This document shows, piece by piece, positions 35,201 to 46,587 of a DNA stretch of 64,000 nt. How positions within the stretch are numbered: position 1 is the stretch's first letter; each line of letters starts with the position of its first letter. The position numbers and the translations under genes are program-made. The DNA comes from Tannerellaceae bacterium (GTDB lineage: Bacteria; Bacteroidota; Bacteroidia; Bacteroidales; Tannerellaceae): contig DBFWLD010000061.1 in NCBI GenBank assembly GCA_048465615.1, forward strand, positions 38,789 through 102,788. Direction: 5' to 3'. Below the pieces are notes generated by a model. The model was not told the origin of the DNA and searched no databases. It worked only from the letters and a program-made list of their open reading frames with translations.

Positions 35201-36501
35201 TTCAGCAGCACGGGATGACCTTTCATGACATATTCCAGAATATCCCAAACTACCGGTTCTTTCCGGTCGACGATCTTCTTGGCCGATTTCACGGTCTTCA
35301 CGATACCGCGTTCGATGAGCTTGCGGATCACGAAGGGTTTATAGAGTTCGGCCGCCATGTTCTTGGGCAGACCGCATTCGTGCATTTTCAATTCGGGGCC
35401 TACCACGATAACCGAACGGGCCGAATAGTCGACACGTTTACCGAGCAGGTTCTGACGGAAACGTCCTTGTTTTCCTTTCAAACTGTCGGAAAGGGATTTC
35501 AACGGACGGTTGGCATCGGTTTTTACCGCGCTCGATTTGCGGGAGTTGTCGAACAAGGAATCGACTGCTTCCTGAAGCATACGCTTTTCATTACGCAAAA
35601 TGACTTCGGGAGCCTTGATGTCGATCAGTCGTTTCAGACGGTTGTTGCGGATAATGACCCGGCGATACAGATCGTTCAAGTCGGAAGTAGCGAAACGGCC
35701 GCCGTCCAGGGGCACCAGCGGCCGCAGTTCGGGCGGAATCACGGGAACTACTTTTACGATCATCCATTCCGGTTTGTTGCGTCCGCGGGACGCACGGAAA
35801 GATTCCACGACCTGCAAACGTTTCAGGGCTTCGTTTTTCCGTTGCTGCGAGCTGTCGGTGCTGGCCCGGTGACGCAGTTCGTAGGAAAGCGAATCCAGAT
35901 CCAGGCGGGAAAGCAAATCGTAGACGGCTTCCGCACCGATTTTAGCAATGAATTTATTGGGGTCGGTGTCTTCCAGCAATTGGTTTTCCTTAGGCAGGTT
36001 GTCCAGGATTTGCAGGTATTCTTCTTCCGACAACAAATCAAGTTCGGCTACCGTGTCCACACAGCCGGGCTGTATAACCACGTAGCGTTCATAATAGATG
36101 ATGGAATCGAGCTTCTTGGTAGGCAGGCCCAGCAGGTAGCCGATTTTATTGGGCAGGGAGCGGAAGTACCAGATATGCGCAACGGGTACTACCAAATGGA
36201 TGTGTCCCATCCGTTCGCGACGCACTTTCTTTTCCGTAACTTCCACCCCGCAACGATCGCACACAATCCCTTTGTAGCGAATCCGTTTGTATTTCCCGCA
36301 ATGGCATTCGTAGTCTTTGATCGGACCGAAAATGCGTTCGCAGAACAAACCGTCGCGTTCGGGTTTATACGTACGATAATTGATCGTTTCCGGTTTGAGT
36401 ACTTCGCCGCTGGAGTTTTCGAGAATCTCTTCAGGGGATGCCAAACCGATGGTGATTTTTGAAAAGTTACTCTTTATCTTGTTTTCTTTTCTAAAGGCCA
36501 T
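32209..36501 (-). CDS. rpoC: DNA-directed RNA polymerase subunit beta'
   Basis: 1430 aa with NADFDGD catalytic motif and zinc-binding CHCGKY..CDRCG. Confidence 0.99.
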   Translation of the reverse strand: MAFRKENKIKSNFSKITIGLASPEEILENSSGEVLKPETINYRTYKPERDGLFCERIFGPIKDYECHCGKYKRIRYKGIVCDRCGVEVTEKKVRRERMGHIHLVVPVAHIWYFRSLPNKIGYLLGLPTKKLDSIIYYERYVVIQPGCVDTVAELDLLSEEEYLQILDNLPKENQLLEDTDPNKFIAKIGAEAVYDLLSRLDLDSLSYELRHRASTDSSQQRKNEALKRLQVVESFRASRGRNKPEWMIVKVVPVIPPELRPLVPLDGGRFATSDLNDLYRRVIIRNNRLKRLIDIKAPEVILRNEKRMLQEAVDSLFDNSRKSSAVKTDANRPLKSLSDSLKGKQGRFRQNLLGKRVDYSARSVIVVGPELKMHECGLPKNMAAELYKPFVIRKLIERGIVKTVKSAKKIVDRKEPVVWDILEYVMKGHPVLLNRAPTLHRLGIQAFQPKLIEGKAIQLHPLACTAFNADFDGDQMAVHLPLGNEAVLEAQMLMLASHNILNPANGAPITVPSQDMVLGLYYITKLRGGALGEGLVFYGPEEATIAYNEKKVDIHAKIKVYVNDVDENGAPVNRLVETSVGRLMVNEYVPEEVGYINEVLGKKALRDIIGKVIKTCGVARTAQFLDDIKNLGYYMAFKGGLSFNLADVLIPPEKDALVKEGYDEVEQIMANYNMGFITNNERYNQIIDTWTHVNSKLSNILINQLTHDNDGFNSIYMMMDSGARGSKEQIRQLSGMRGLMAKPQKSGAEGGQIIENPILSNFKEGLSVLEYFISTHGARKGLADTALKTADAGYLTRRLVDVSHDVIVNEEDCGTLRGLICTELKNNEEVIASLYERILGRVSVHDIVHPITGEILVKAGAEIREDAALKIQESPIESVEIRSVLTCESKKGVCAKCYGRNLATNQMVQKGEVVGVIAAQSIGEPGTQLTLRTFHVGGIASNIATENSITSKYDGILEIDELRAVESTDETTGKVYQVVVSRLAEMRIVDPNTKIVLLTHNIPYGSKLFFDNGARVKKGDVIIEWDPFNAVIVSEVSGKIEFESVVENVTYKVESDETTGLKEKIIIESKDKTKAPAAHIVDENGNYLKNYSLPLGAHVVKENGDPVKAGEVLVKIPRAVGKAGDITGGLPRVTELFEARNPSNPAVVSEIDGEVGFGKIKRGNREITVTSKLGEVKKYMVPLSKQLLVQENDYIRAGMPLSDGATTPSDILAIKGPTAVQEYIVNEVQDVYRLQGVKINDKHFEVIVRQMMRKVEVVDPGDTRFLEQQVVDKLEVMDENDRIWGKKVVMDPGDSQTLQAGQIVTARKLRDENSMLKRRDLRLVEVRDAVPATANQILQGITRAALQTNSFMSAASFQETTKVLNEAAINGKVDRLEGLKENVICGHLIPAGTGQRDFDKLVVGAKDEFERIFANRKNVVDFNTMDKEEE

Positions 36502-36581
36502 ATATTTTATTTATAAAGAGTTATCATATATGATAAGCCGGAAGAGGCCGAAGCCTCTCCCCCTGCTTTATTGTAGTTGAA

Positions 36582-39500
36582 TTAATCCAGAGTGAAACTT
36601 AAACCGAGACCTCTCAGTTCATGCAGCAACACATTCAACGACTCGGGAATACCCGGTTGCGGCATCGGATCGCCCTTTACAATGGCTTCGTATGCTTTGG
36701 AACGGCCTACCACGTCGTCAGACTTGATCGTCAAGATTTCCTGCAGGATATGGGCGGCGCCGAAGGCTTCGAGCGCCCAAACTTCCATTTCCCCGAAACG
36801 CTGACCGCCGAACTGTGCTTTACCGCCCAAGGGCTGTTGCGTGATCAAGGAGTACGGCCCGATGGAACGAGCGTGCATTTTGTCGTCGACCATATGGCCC
36901 AGCTTCAGGAAGTAGGTAACTCCTACCGTAGCAGGCTGGTCGAAACGCTCGCCGGTACCGCCGTCATACAGGTAAGTCTTGCCATAGCGGGGAATACCGG
37001 CTTTGTCGGTCCATTCGTTCAGGTCGTCGAGAGTTGCTCCGTCGAAGATCGGCGTAGCGAACTTCACATCCAGCGAACGTCCGGCCCAACCTAATACGGC
37101 TTCGAAAATCTGCCCCAGGTTCATACGCGAGGGCACACCCAGCGGGTTCAGGCAGATGTCGACCGGCGTTCCGTCTTCCAGGAACGGCATGTCTTCCTGA
37201 CGCACGATCTTGGATACGATACCCTTGTTACCGTGGCGACCGGCCATCTTATCCCCTACCTGGATCTTACGCTTCTTGGCAATATAGACTTTGGCCATTT
37301 GCACGATACCCGTAGGCAGTTCGTCGCCGATAGTCAGGTCGAACTTCTTCCGGCGCAGCTCGGCATCCAGTTCTTTGTATTTCTTCAGGTAATTCAGAAT
37401 CACCTGCTTGATCAATTCGTTTTTCTGAGCATCGGCTGTCCATTTGCTTACCTGAATGGCATTATAATCCAGCTCTTCCAAAGCCTTGCGGGTGAATTTC
37501 GCTCCCTTGGCGATGATTTCGGCATTCATATAATCCTTCACGCCCTGAGAAACCTTGCCGCTGGTCAGCGTCAGCAGTTTTTCCACCAACAGGTTCTTCA
37601 GATCGGCCATCTTCTGTTCGTACTCTTCGTCGAGTTTCGGCAGAATCGCCTTATCCGTCAAGCGGGACTTGCGTTTCTTCACGGCTTTCGAGAATAAGGC
37701 CGTTTCGATAACAACCCCACGCAACGAAGGCGTCGCTTTAAGCGAAGCATCTTTCACATCGCCGGCCTTGTCGCCGAAAATGGCACGGAGCAATTTCTCT
37801 TCGGGCGAAGGATCGGACTCGCCTTTCGGGGTAATCTTACCGATCAGAATGTCGCCCGGCTCGATACGTGCGCCGATACGGACAATCCCCCGTTCGTCCA
37901 AATCCTTGGTAGCTTCTTCGCTTACGTTAGGAATATCCGAAGTCAGTTCTTCCATACCGCGCTTCGTTTCCCGCACTTCCAGAATGTATTCGTCCACATG
38001 CACGGAAGTAAAGAAGTCTTCGCGTACCATGCGTTCGTTCAGCACGATGGCATCCTCGTAGTTATATCCCTTCCACGGCATATAAGCCACTTTCACGTTG
38101 CGTCCGAGCGCCAATTCGCCGCGTTGGGTAGAATACCCTTCCGTCAGAATATCGCCGGCTTTCACGCGCTGGCCGCGCTGGCAGATCGGGCGCAGGTCGA
38201 CCGTGGTGCTCTGGTTGGTTTTCCGCCATTTGGGAATGACATACGTTTTTACCGCGTCTTCGAAGCTGACAAATTCTTCATCTTCGGTGCGGTCATATTT
38301 GATCTTAATGCAAGTAGCATCCACAAAGACCACTTCCCCTTCGCGTTCGGCCATGATCTGCGTACGTGAATCGCGGGCTACCTGAGCTTCGATGCCGGTT
38401 CCTACGATCGGCGCATCCGTACGGAGCAAAGGCACGGCCTGGCGCATCATGTTCGATCCCATCAGGGCACGGTTGGCGTCGTCGTGTTCGAGGAAAGGAA
38501 TAAGCGAAGCGGCAATCGAAGCAATCTGCTGGGGAGCCACGTCCATCAGGTCGACGGAAGAGGGCGGAACCACGGGGAAGTCGGCTTCGAAACGGGCTTT
38601 TACGCGGTCGCGTACAAAACGGCCCTTATCATCCAGCGGAGCGTTCCCCTGGGCGATGGTCATTTCTTCTTCCTCTTCGGCGGTATAATATTGCAATCCC
38701 TCGTCCGAGAAATCCACCTGGCCTTCCGCTACTTTCCGGTAAGGAGTAGCGATAAAGCCCAGATCGTTGATCTTGGCATAAACGCAAAGCGACGAAATAA
38801 GTCCGATGTTGGGGCCTTCCGGCGTTTCGATCGGACAAAGACGGCCGTAATGCGTATAGTGTACGTCGCGCACTTCGAAACCGGCGCGTTCGCGAGACAA
38901 ACCGCCCGGGCCGAGAGCCGACAGACGACGTTTGTGCGTAATTTCCGCCAGCGGGTTGGTCTGATCCATAAACTGCGACAGCGCGTTCGTTCCGAAGAAA
39001 GAATTCACTACGGAAGAAATCGTCTTCGCGTTAATCAAATCGATCGGCGTAAACACCTCGTTATCGCGTACATTCATGCGTTCGCGCACCGTACGCGACA
39101 TACGAGCCAGCCCGATGCCGAACTGATTGTAGAGCTGTTCGCCTACCGTACGTACGCGGCGGTTGCTCAAGTGGTCGATGTCATCCACAATAGCCTTCGA
39201 GTTGATAAGCTCGATCAGGTATTTGATGATCTCGATTATATCTTCTTTGGTCAGTACCTTAATATCGTCGCTGGTAGAAAGGCCTAACTTTTTATTGATG
39301 CGGTAGCGCCCTACTTCACCCAAATCGTAACGTTTTTCGGAGAAGAACAGGTTGGTGATCACCTCCCTTGCGCTGGCTTCATCGGCCGGTTCGGCATTAC
39401 GCAGCTGCCGGTAGATGTAAAGCACGGCTTCTTTTTCCGAGTTACTGGGGTCTTTCTGGAGCGTATTATAAATAATGGCATAGTCGGACAGGTTCTGGTC

Positions 39501-40394
39501 TTCGCGGTGCAGCAGGATGTTCTGCGTGCCCGACTCCAAGATAGCTTCGATGTTGTCGTTGTCCAATACCGACTCGCGATCGATAATTACATCGTTACGT
39601 TCAATAGAAACCACTTCTCCCGTATCCTCGTCGACGAAGTCTTCCACCCAGGTCTTCAGTACGCGGGCAGCCAGCTTGCGGCCGATCATTTTTTTCAGGT
39701 TGGCTTTGGTTACTTTTACCTCTTCGGCCAGGTTGAAGATTTCCAGAATATCTCTATCGCTTTCAAAACCAATCGCTCTGAGGAGAGTAGTAACCGGCAA
39801 TTTCTTTTTACGGTCGATATAGGCGTACATCACGTTATTGATGTCGGTCGCAAATTCGATCCATGAACCCTTGAAGGGGATGATACGTGCCGAATACAAT
39901 TTCGTACCGTTCGCATGCGTACTCTGTCCGAAGAATACGCCCGGAGAACGGTGCAGCTGAGACACCACCACACGTTCCGCACCGTTTATCACGAACGTTC
40001 CCCGCTCCGTCATATACGGAATCGGGCCTAAATATACGTCCTGGATAACCGTATCGAAATCTTCGTGATCCGGGTCGGTACAGTATAACTTTAATTTTGC
40101 TTTTAAAGGCACGCTATAAGTTAATCCGCGGGCAATACACTCGTCGATCGTATACCGGGGCGGATCGATATAGTAATCTAAGAACTCCAACACAAAATTG
40201 TTGCGCGTATCTGCGATCGGGAAATTCTCGGCAAATACCTTATACAATCCCTCCTTCTTTCTCTTTTCGGGAGGAGTGTCAAGTTGAAGAAAGTCTTGGA
40301 ATGACTTCAATTGAACTTCGAGAAAATCCGGATAGGGAAAGGGATTCTTGATCGAAGCAAAATTAACTCTTTGGTTTTCAGCTGTTGAAGACAT
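36582..40394 (-). CDS. rpoB: DNA-directed RNA polymerase subunit beta
   Basis: 1270 aa with the rifampicin-cluster region [34 protein letters not shown] and the [12 protein letters not shown] motif. Confidence 0.99.
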   Translation of the reverse strand: MSSTAENQRVNFASIKNPFPYPDFLEVQLKSFQDFLQLDTPPEKRKKEGLYKVFAENFPIADTRNNFVLEFLDYYIDPPRYTIDECIARGLTYSVPLKAKLKLYCTDPDHEDFDTVIQDVYLGPIPYMTERGTFVINGAERVVVSQLHRSPGVFFGQSTHANGTKLYSARIIPFKGSWIEFATDINNVMYAYIDRKKKLPVTTLLRAIGFESDRDILEIFNLAEEVKVTKANLKKMIGRKLAARVLKTWVEDFVDEDTGEVVSIERNDVIIDRESVLDNDNIEAILESGTQNILLHREDQNLSDYAIIYNTLQKDPSNSEKEAVLYIYRQLRNAEPADEASAREVITNLFFSEKRYDLGEVGRYRINKKLGLSTSDDIKVLTKEDIIEIIKYLIELINSKAIVDDIDHLSNRRVRTVGEQLYNQFGIGLARMSRTVRERMNVRDNEVFTPIDLINAKTISSVVNSFFGTNALSQFMDQTNPLAEITHKRRLSALGPGGLSRERAGFEVRDVHYTHYGRLCPIETPEGPNIGLISSLCVYAKINDLGFIATPYRKVAEGQVDFSDEGLQYYTAEEEEEMTIAQGNAPLDDKGRFVRDRVKARFEADFPVVPPSSVDLMDVAPQQIASIAASLIPFLEHDDANRALMGSNMMRQAVPLLRTDAPIVGTGIEAQVARDSRTQIMAEREGEVVFVDATCIKIKYDRTEDEEFVSFEDAVKTYVIPKWRKTNQSTTVDLRPICQRGQRVKAGDILTEGYSTQRGELALGRNVKVAYMPWKGYNYEDAIVLNERMVREDFFTSVHVDEYILEVRETKRGMEELTSDIPNVSEEATKDLDERGIVRIGARIEPGDILIGKITPKGESDPSPEEKLLRAIFGDKAGDVKDASLKATPSLRGVVIETALFSKAVKKRKSRLTDKAILPKLDEEYEQKMADLKNLLVEKLLTLTSGKVSQGVKDYMNAEIIAKGAKFTRKALEELDYNAIQVSKWTADAQKNELIKQVILNYLKKYKELDAELRRKKFDLTIGDELPTGIVQMAKVYIAKKRKIQVGDKMAGRHGNKGIVSKIVRQEDMPFLEDGTPVDICLNPLGVPSRMNLGQIFEAVLGWAGRSLDVKFATPIFDGATLDDLNEWTDKAGIPRYGKTYLYDGGTGERFDQPATVGVTYFLKLGHMVDDKMHARSIGPYSLITQQPLGGKAQFGGQRFGEMEVWALEAFGAAHILQEILTIKSDDVVGRSKAYEAIVKGDPMPQPGIPESLNVLLHELRGLGLSFTLD

Positions 40395-40432
40395 CTAGTA
40401 AAGGAATTTATTGAACTTATTGAAATTATAGA

Positions 40433-40473
40433 CACAAAAAGGTTAAGAGTCTTCGTTTACAAAGACTCTTAAC
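40433..40473 (-). terminator. rplL-rpoB intergenic hairpin (attenuator or partial terminator)
   Basis: Perfect 13-bp stem GGTTAAGAGTCTT/AAGACTCTTAACC (40441-40473) with a 7-nt loop, followed on the minus strand by TTTTTGTG. Confidence 0.6.
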
Positions 40474-40502
40474 CAACTCACCTGATTACCAGGTTATAAA
40501 TA

Positions 40503-40880
40503 CTATTTAAGCTCAACTTCAGCGCCGGCTTCTTCCAAGCTCTTCTTCAATGCTTCAGCGTCAGCTTTAGCGATTCCTTCTTTGATGTTGTTGGGAGCAC
40601 CGTCAACCAAGTCTTTTGCTTCTTTCAGGCCCAGACCCGTTAATTCTTTTACCAACTTAACGACAGCCAGTTTATTAGCGCCGGCAGCTTTCAATACTAC
40701 GTCGAAAGAAGTTTTTTCTTCAGCAGCGGGAGCAGCACCGCCAGCAGCAGGACCTGCAACAGCAACAGCTGCAGCAGCCGGTTCGATACCGTATTCTTCT
40801 TTCAGGATAGTAGCCAGTTCGCTAACTTCTTTAACGGTCAAGTTTACTAATTGTTCTGCAAAAGCTTTCAAATCTGCCAT
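40503..40880 (-). CDS. rplL: 50S ribosomal protein L7/L12
   Basis: 125 aa with an Ala-rich hinge and C-terminal [21 protein letters not shown]. Confidence 0.98.
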   Translation of the reverse strand: MADLKAFAEQLVNLTVKEVSELATILKEEYGIEPAAAAVAVAGPAAGGAAPAAEEKTSFDVVLKAAGANKLAVVKLVKELTGLGLKEAKDLVDGAPNNIKEGIAKADAEALKKSLEEAGAEVELK

Positions 40881-40927
40881 TTTTGTATGATTTAAATGTT
40901 TATTTTTCTGTGTAAATTGTTAAAAAA

Positions 40928-41452
40928 TTATCTTTCTTCCAGCGTCTTCAACAGACCGTGGATAGTTTGTCCTGATGACTGCAAAGCAGAAATAACGTTC
41001 TTGGCCGGAGATTCCAACAGGGCGATAACGTCGGCGATAAGTTCGTTCTTGCTCTTGATATTTACCAGGGCCTCGAGGTTTTCGGCTCCTACGTAGAAGC
41101 TTTCCTGTACATAGGCAGCTTTCAAACGAGGTTTGCCTTCGCCTTTCGTGTCCTTCGTAAAATCCTTGATCAGGCGGGCGGGGGCATTGGCAGTTTGTGA
41201 GAACATCACGGCCGTATTGCCCTTCAATACATCGTGAAGGGGTGAGAAATCACCTTCCACGCTATCTAACGCTTTTTTAAGCAAGCTATTCTTTACAACG
41301 ACCAACTTAATTTCCTGCTTGAAGCATTCCCGTCTCAGTTTGCTGGTCTTCTCGGCGTTCAACGCTTCGATGTCCGTCAGATAGAAATTGGAATATTCTT
41401 TTACAGTTTCGGTAAGCTGACCTATAATAGCATTTTTATCTTCCTTTCTCAT
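40928..41452 (-). CDS. rplJ: 50S ribosomal protein L10
   Basis: 174 aa, positioned between rplA and rplL, with a typical L10 N-terminus. Confidence 0.95.
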   Translation of the reverse strand: MRKEDKNAIIGQLTETVKEYSNFYLTDIEALNAEKTSKLRRECFKQEIKLVVVKNSLLKKALDSVEGDFSPLHDVLKGNTAVMFSQTANAPARLIKDFTKDTKGEGKPRLKAAYVQESFYVGAENLEALVNIKSKNELIADVIALLESPAKNVISALQSSGQTIHGLLKTLEER

Positions 41453-41467
41453 TGTTCAATTGTTTTA

Positions 41468-42166
41468 TTAAATTTCTTCAACTGATTTGGGGTCAATTTT
41501 AATACCCGCGCTCATTGTACTTGAAAGATAAATGCTTTTTATATATGCACCTTTAGCAGCAGAGGGTTTCAACTTGATCAAAGTCGAAATAAATTCCTTC
41601 GCGTTATCACGGATCTGCTCGGGATTGAAAGATACCTTGCCGATCGACGTATGAACGATACCGGTCTTATCTACCTTAAAGTCGATCTTACCTTGCTTAA
41701 CTTCTTTCACAGCTTTGCCGATCTCGTTGGTAACCGTACCGCTCTTGGGGTTGGGCATCAAGCCGCGCGGACCCAATACTCTACCCAGCGCACCGATTTT
41801 ACCCATGATGGAGGGCATGGTGATAATGACGTCAATATCCGTCCAACCGCCTTTAATTTTATCAATATACTCATCCAATCCGACATAATCGGCACCAGCT
41901 TCTTTCGCTTCGGCTTCTTTGTCGGGCGTACATAATGCGAGAACCCGAACTTGCTTTCCTGTTCCGTGAGGCAGCGAAACGACGCCTCTTACCATTTGAT
42001 TGGCCTTACGGGGGTCGACACCTAAACGGACGTCTACATCAACCGAAGCATCGAATTTGGTGGTGGTAATTTCTTTTACCAGTGCAGATGCTTCCTTTAA
42101 TGTATATGCTTTCCCAGCTTCAATCTTGCCCAAAGCCAACTTTTGATTTTTTGTAAGTTTACTCAT
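41468..42166 (-). CDS. rplA: 50S ribosomal protein L1
   Basis: 232 aa with [24 protein letters not shown]. Confidence 0.97.
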   Translation of the reverse strand: MSKLTKNQKLALGKIEAGKAYTLKEASALVKEITTTKFDASVDVDVRLGVDPRKANQMVRGVVSLPHGTGKQVRVLALCTPDKEAEAKEAGADYVGLDEYIDKIKGGWTDIDVIITMPSIMGKIGALGRVLGPRGLMPNPKSGTVTNEIGKAVKEVKQGKIDFKVDKTGIVHTSIGKVSFNPEQIRDNAKEFISTLIKLKPSAAKGAYIKSIYLSSTMSAGIKIDPKSVEEI

Positions 42167-42181
42167 CTCAATTGAAGTTTA

Positions 42182-42625
42182 TTAATTATTAACCGGGAAT
42201 GTCCCTTTAACAGTGATACCCATACTTCTGGCTGTACCGGCAACCATTCGCATGGCTGATTCGACAGTAAAGCAGTTCAAATCGACTAACTTATCTTCTG
42301 CAATCGTTTTCACCTGATCCCAAGAGATTTCTGCAACCTTCTTACGATTCGGCTCTGCAGATCCGCTCTTTTGTTTGGTAGCTTCCAGCAACTGGATGGC
42401 TACGGGAGGGGTTTTAACGACAAAGTCGAAAGACTTATCGGCATAGTAAGTAATTACAACAGGTAAGATCTTACCAGCCTTGTCTTGGGTTCTGGCATTA
42501 AATTGCTTGCAAAACTCCATAATATTAATACCCTTAGAACCTAAGGCAGGTCCTACTGGGGGAGAAGGGTTTGCTGCTCCTCCTTTAATCTGCAATTTGA
42601 TTTGTCCAGCAACTTCTTTAGCCAT
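42182..42625 (-). CDS. rplK: 50S ribosomal protein L11
   Basis: 147 aa with [20 protein letters not shown]. Confidence 0.97.
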   Translation of the reverse strand: MAKEVAGQIKLQIKGGAANPSPPVGPALGSKGINIMEFCKQFNARTQDKAGKILPVVITYYADKSFDFVVKTPPVAIQLLEATKQKSGSAEPNRKKVAEISWDQVKTIAEDKLVDLNCFTVESAMRMVAGTARSMGITVKGTFPVNN

Positions 42626-42688
42626 TTTTCTAAAATTTAAGATTATAACATCCGATACAGAAAGGCAGCGCTTTTCGTAACCAGAGCA

Positions 42689-43231
42689 CTATTCTTTCTC
42701 AACTTGCATATAACCCAACTCAAGCGGGGTTTTGCGTCCGAAGACTTTGACCATCACTTTGAGTTTCTTTTTCTCGGCATTGACCTCTTCGATGATCCCG
42801 CTGAAACCGCTGAACGGTCCGAAGGTGATCTTCACGTTTTCTCCCACATAGAACTGGAGATCCAGGTCGTCCTGCTGTTCCTGCAATTCGTCGACCGTAC
42901 CTAAGATACGGCTGACTTCTGCCGGACGCAAGGGAACGGGGTTGTCCGATCCGCCCAAAAATCCGATTACATTGGGGATATTCCGTAGTCGATGAGAGAC
43001 TTCTCCTACCAAAGCGGCTTCTACCAATACGTAACCAGGCAAATAAGCTCTTTCTTTCATCACTTTTTTACCGTTGCGTACCGTAAAAGTTTTCTCGGTA
43101 GGAATCAAGACCTGCGATACATATTCTCCTAAATCCGTATTTTTCAGCTCAGCCTCCAAATATTCTCTAACCTTGTTCTCCTTGCCGCTAATGGCGCGCA
43201 GAACATAAAACTTCTTTTGAATGTCAGACAT
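42689..43231 (-). CDS. nusG: Transcription termination/antitermination factor NusG
   Basis: 180 aa with an NGN domain, a KOW motif (GENVKITFGPFSGFSGIIEEV), and synteny with secE. Confidence 0.96.
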   Translation of the reverse strand: MSDIQKKFYVLRAISGKENKVREYLEAELKNTDLGEYVSQVLIPTEKTFTVRNGKKVMKERAYLPGYVLVEAALVGEVSHRLRNIPNVIGFLGGSDNPVPLRPAEVSRILGTVDELQEQQDDLDLQFYVGENVKITFGPFSGFSGIIEEVNAEKKKLKVMVKVFGRKTPLELGYMQVEKE

Positions 43232-43243
43232 ATCCGGAATCGC

Positions 43244-43438
43244 TTAAAATATTTTCTCGTAGAAGAAACGCATCACGTTCTCGAAGCCCAAGTCAATAAC
43301 AAAGATTAATGCGGCAATGATAAGGGAAGCAAACATAACCACCACAGCACTATTGGAGAGCTCTGTTCTTGTAGGCCAAGAAACTTTATACACAAGTTCG
43401 TTATAAGATTCCTTAATATAAGTAATTATCTTTTTCAT
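43244..43438 (-). CDS. secE: Preprotein translocase subunit SecE
   Basis: 64 aa from ATG 43438 with a single C-terminal TM segment (VVVMFASLIIAALIFVIDLGF) and synteny. Confidence 0.88.
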   Translation of the reverse strand: MKKIITYIKESYNELVYKVSWPTRTELSNSAVVVMFASLIIAALIFVIDLGFENVMRFFYEKIF

Positions 43439-43456
43439 CGAATCTATAGATTTTAG

Positions 43457-43529
43457 CACGGAAGGAGAGGCTCGAACTCCCGACACCTGGTTTTGGAGAC
43501 CAGTGCTCTACCAACTGAGCTACTTCCGT
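43457..43529 (-). tRNA. tRNA-Trp (anticodon CCA)
   Basis: Hand-folded cloverleaf with acceptor ACGGAAG/CTTCCGT and anticodon loop CTCCAAA. 73 nt; CCA is not encoded. Confidence 0.9.
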
Positions 43530-43561
43530 AAAATAGCCAGCCTTTTTAGAAGGGCTGGCTA
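43530..43561 (-). terminator. Hairpin downstream of tuf (putative terminator or processing stem)
   Basis: Stem TAGCCAGCC/GGCTGGCTA followed by TTTTAC on the minus strand. It directly abuts the tRNA-Trp 5' end. Confidence 0.45.
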
Positions 43562-43584
43562 CTTCTTTTTATTTGGAATCTTTC

Positions 43585-44772
43585 TTAGTTTTCCAGTTCC
43601 GTAATCTGACCTGCGCCTACCGTACGGCCACCTTCGCGGATAGCGAAACGCAGACCTACGCTACAAGCTACCGGGTAGATCAGTTCTACGTCGATCGTTA
43701 CGTTATCGCCCGGCATAACCATTTCAGTTCCTTCCGGAAGCGTGATTTCGCCAGTTACGTCTAACGTACGGATATAGAACTGCGGACGGTATTTGTTGTG
43801 GAACGGAGTGTGACGACCGCCTTCTTCTTTCTTCAGGATGTAGACTTCAGCCTTGAAGTGAGAGTGAGGTTTCACCTGTCCCGGATGGCAGATTACCATA
43901 CCGCGTTTGATTTCGTTTTTGTCGATACCGCGCAGCAACAGACCTACGTTGTCGCCAGCCTGGCCTTCGTCCAGAAGTTTGCGGAACATTTCAACGCCCG
44001 TTACAACGGATTTCTTGCCTTCGGCGCCCAGACCGATGATCTGAACTTCGTCGCCAACGTGGATGATACCCGTTTCGATACGACCCGTAGCAACCGTACC
44101 GCGACCCGTGATCGAGAATACGTCTTCAACCGGCATCAAGAAAGGTTTGTCCACTTCGCGCGGAGGCAGCGGAATCCAAGTATCGCAAGCGTCCATCAGT
44201 TCCATAACCTTGTCTTCCCACTGAGCGTCGCCGTTCAAGGCACCCAGGGCAGAACCGCGGATGATCGGAGTATTGTCGCCGTCGAAGTTGTAGAACGAAA
44301 GAAGTTCTCTCATTTCCATTTCAACGAGTTCCAACATTTCTTCGTCGTCCACCATATCGCATTTGTTCATGAACACAACCAATTTCGGAACGTTTACCTG
44401 GCGAGCCAGCAGGATGTGTTCGCGCGTCTGAGGCATAGGACCGTCGGTAGCAGCAACCACGATGATGGCACCGTCCATCTGAGCAGCACCCGTAACCATG
44501 TTCTTTACGTAGTCGGCGTGACCCGGACAGTCAACGTGAGCGTAGTGACGGTTGGCCGTCTGATACTCTACGTGAGAAGTGTTGATAGTGATACCTCTTT
44601 CTTTTTCTTCAGGAGCGTTGTCGATAGAGTCGAAAGAACGCAATTCCGAAAGACCTTTCTTTGCCAATACTGTGGTGATAGCAGCTGTCAAAGTCGTTTT
44701 ACCGTGGTCAACGTGACCAATCGTACCAATGTTGACATGTGGTTTCGATCTGTCAAATTTCTCTTTTGCCAT
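43585..44772 (-). CDS. tuf: Elongation factor Tu
   Basis: 395 aa with [14 protein letters not shown] and NKCD G-motifs. Confidence 0.99.
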   Translation of the reverse strand: MAKEKFDRSKPHVNIGTIGHVDHGKTTLTAAITTVLAKKGLSELRSFDSIDNAPEEKERGITINTSHVEYQTANRHYAHVDCPGHADYVKNMVTGAAQMDGAIIVVAATDGPMPQTREHILLARQVNVPKLVVFMNKCDMVDDEEMLELVEMEMRELLSFYNFDGDNTPIIRGSALGALNGDAQWEDKVMELMDACDTWIPLPPREVDKPFLMPVEDVFSITGRGTVATGRIETGIIHVGDEVQIIGLGAEGKKSVVTGVEMFRKLLDEGQAGDNVGLLLRGIDKNEIKRGMVICHPGQVKPHSHFKAEVYILKKEEGGRHTPFHNKYRPQFYIRTLDVTGEITLPEGTEMVMPGDNVTIDVELIYPVACSVGLRFAIREGGRTVGAGQITELEN

Positions 44773-44824
44773 AACTTAATTGTTCTTTATTTGATTAATG
44801 ATCATGTACTTGTTAAAAAAAATG

Positions 44825-44896
<72 letters not shown>

Positions 44897-44908
44897 AAAA
44901 TTTAAAAG

Positions 44909-44981
44909 AGCGGAAGACGGGACTCAAACCCGCGACCCTCAGCTTGGAAGGCTAATGCTCTATCAACTGAGCTACTTCCGC
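44909..44981 (-). tRNA. tRNA-Gly (anticodon TCC)
   Basis: Acceptor GCGGAAG/CTTCCGC and anticodon loop CTTCCAA. 73 nt. Confidence 0.9.
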
Positions 44982-45028
44982 ATGACGGAATGAACTTTGA
45001 AGGTATCCGCATTGTTCATTCCTTGAAG

Positions 45029-45111
45029 TGGGCAGTGATGGATTCGAACCACCGAAGGCGAAAGCCAGCTGAGTTACAGTCAGCCCCATTTGGCCACTCT
45101 GGTAACTGCCC
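45029..45111 (-). tRNA. tRNA-Tyr (anticodon GTA), long variable arm
   Basis: Acceptor GGGCAGT/ACTGCCC, anticodon stem GCTGA/TCAGC, and loop CTGTAAC. 83 nt. Confidence 0.9.
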
Positions 45112-45143
45112 AGTTTCATCATTTCGTTTCTTTCTCTTCTCCG

Positions 45144-45217
45144 AGCCTCTTGTCGGATTCGAACCAACGACCCCGAGATTACAAATCACGTGCTCTGGCC
45201 AGCTGAGCTAAAGAGGC
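45144..45217 (-). tRNA. tRNA-Thr (anticodon TGT)
   Basis: Acceptor GCCTCTT/AAGAGGC and anticodon loop TTTGTAA. 74 nt. Confidence 0.88.
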
Positions 45218-45269
45218 GCTTGATTTCTGAAAGAAGCCGTTTCGTCACGTCACCGGGGCGAAACGGCTG

Positions 45270-45300
45270 CAAATTTAGGCATTATTTTTTATATACCAAA
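45270..45300 (-). promoter_or_regulatory. Bacteroidetes-type promoter for the tRNA-tuf operon
   Basis: The minus strand has TTTG (45297-45300), a 19-nt spacer, and TAAATTTG (45270-45277), about 50 nt upstream of tRNA-Thr(TGT). Confidence 0.5.
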
Positions 45301-45317
45301 TTTATCAGGCGTTTTTT

Positions 45318-45617
45318 TCATTTAGCCCTTATTTTTTCTTTAAATTTGATCAATTGCTTTTCCAAGGCGATCACACATTCGTCGACAGCGCCTTCAAATG
45401 TGTCACTAACTTTTTCGGCAAAGCAATCTCCGTTTTTAATATCGAGCAGAATGGCCGCCTGTTTGTTGTTGGCCGTTTCGGGTTTGACAACCTTCAGCGT
45501 AACTTCTGCCAATATAATGCCGTCGAAGTACTGTTCCAGCTTGGAAACCTTCTTTTGGATAAACGCTTCCAACTGGTTTGTTGCATCGAAATGGATCGCT
45601 TGAATTCTAATGTCCAT
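45318..45617 (-). CDS. hpf: Ribosome hibernation-promoting factor / RaiA-family protein (short form)
   Basis: 99 aa from ATG 45617: MDIRIQAIHFDATNQLEAFIQKKVSKLEQYF. Confidence 0.88.
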   Translation of the reverse strand: MDIRIQAIHFDATNQLEAFIQKKVSKLEQYFDGIILAEVTLKVVKPETANNKQAAILLDIKNGDCFAEKVSDTFEGAVDECVIALEKQLIKFKEKIRAK

Positions 45618-46521
45618 AATAACCTCCTTCTTTTTTCGCTCTGGGGTGAGCATGATACACTTTTTTTAATTCCTCAAAGGTCGTATGCGTATAAACGCCG
45701 GTGGAAGCCAGGCTGCTGTGGCCGAGAAGTTCTTTCACGGCGCCTATCTCCGCTCCGCCATTCAACATACTTGTTGCAAACGAATGCCGTAACACGTGCG
45801 GGCTGCGTTTGGCCAAGGTTGGAATTTCCGACAGCCTTTTTTTCACTATCAGATAAACCATGCCGGCCGAAAGCGCTTCTCCGTTCTTGCGAACGAAAAA
45901 CCATTCGCTTCCGGAACCCGTCTCACGACTGCGGATTTCAGTGTATGCAAGCATCAAGTCTTTCAAACCTTCCGCAAAAGGAATCAGCCGCTGTTTGTTT
46001 CGTTTGCCGTTCACGCGCAGTTGCATGGCCTCCCAGTCGATGTCGGCGTTACGGATGCCGACAAGCTCCGAGCGACGGATGCCGGTGTCGTACAACATTT
46101 CCAGAATCAGCCTATCCCTCATGCCTTCAAAATCCTCATCGAATCCGTCGCCGTCGAGCAAGGCTTCCATTTCTCCGTCTTTCACGAAGTAAGGAAGGGG
46201 CTTGCGCGTTTTCGGGCCGGTTATCAGCCGCAGGGGGTTGACAGAGACGATGCCCTGTTTCATGAGAAACTTAAAAAAAGATTTCAAAGAACTTAACTTC
46301 CGGTTGACGGTGACGGGGGAAACCTTCTCGTCCAGCAAAGAGACGATCCAGCTTCTGACGATGTCCCGATCCGTTTCCCGGGGGTCGAATATGCCTTCTT
46401 TCTTCGTCTTCACATACGCTTCAAATTGGCTTAAATCTTTCGAATAAGCCTTCACCGTATACTCGGAATAGTTCCTTTCGTAGCGGAGATATTCCAGAAA
46501 AGAATCAATCAACATATCCAC
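45607..46521 (-). CDS. xerC: Tyrosine recombinase XerC/XerD-like
   Basis: N-terminal SAM-like domain (FLEYLRYERNYSEYTVKAYSKDL) and catalytic R...HVLRHSFAT...LLGHSSLASTGVYTH. Its stop overlaps the hpf start by 11 nt. Confidence 0.8.
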   Translation of the reverse strand: MDMLIDSFLEYLRYERNYSEYTVKAYSKDLSQFEAYVKTKKEGIFDPRETDRDIVRSWIVSLLDEKVSPVTVNRKLSSLKSFFKFLMKQGIVSVNPLRLITGPKTRKPLPYFVKDGEMEALLDGDGFDEDFEGMRDRLILEMLYDTGIRRSELVGIRNADIDWEAMQLRVNGKRNKQRLIPFAEGLKDLMLAYTEIRSRETGSGSEWFFVRKNGEALSAGMVYLIVKKRLSEIPTLAKRSPHVLRHSFATSMLNGGAEIGAVKELLGHSSLASTGVYTHTTFEELKKVYHAHPRAKKEGGYYGH

Positions 46522-46587
46522 GTTGCATCACTTTAATGTGCAACGAATATAGAAATAAGAATCCAATAAAACAAGCCTCGCGGGGTT

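Noticed and set aside
32125-36462. Two long + strand ORFs of 693 aa each (32125-34206 and 34381-36462), plus several shorter ones, lying antisense to rpoC.
   Set aside because: They lie entirely inside the unambiguous rpoC gene on the opposite strand. Their translations are low-complexity (rich in F/V/G/D/R) with no motifs. They are typical shadow ORFs caused by codon bias of a highly expressed gene.
45354-46296. + strand ORFs of 295 and 166 aa opposite hpf and xerC.
   Set aside because: The opposite strand carries complete HPF and tyrosine-recombinase signatures, and these ORFs have no motifs.
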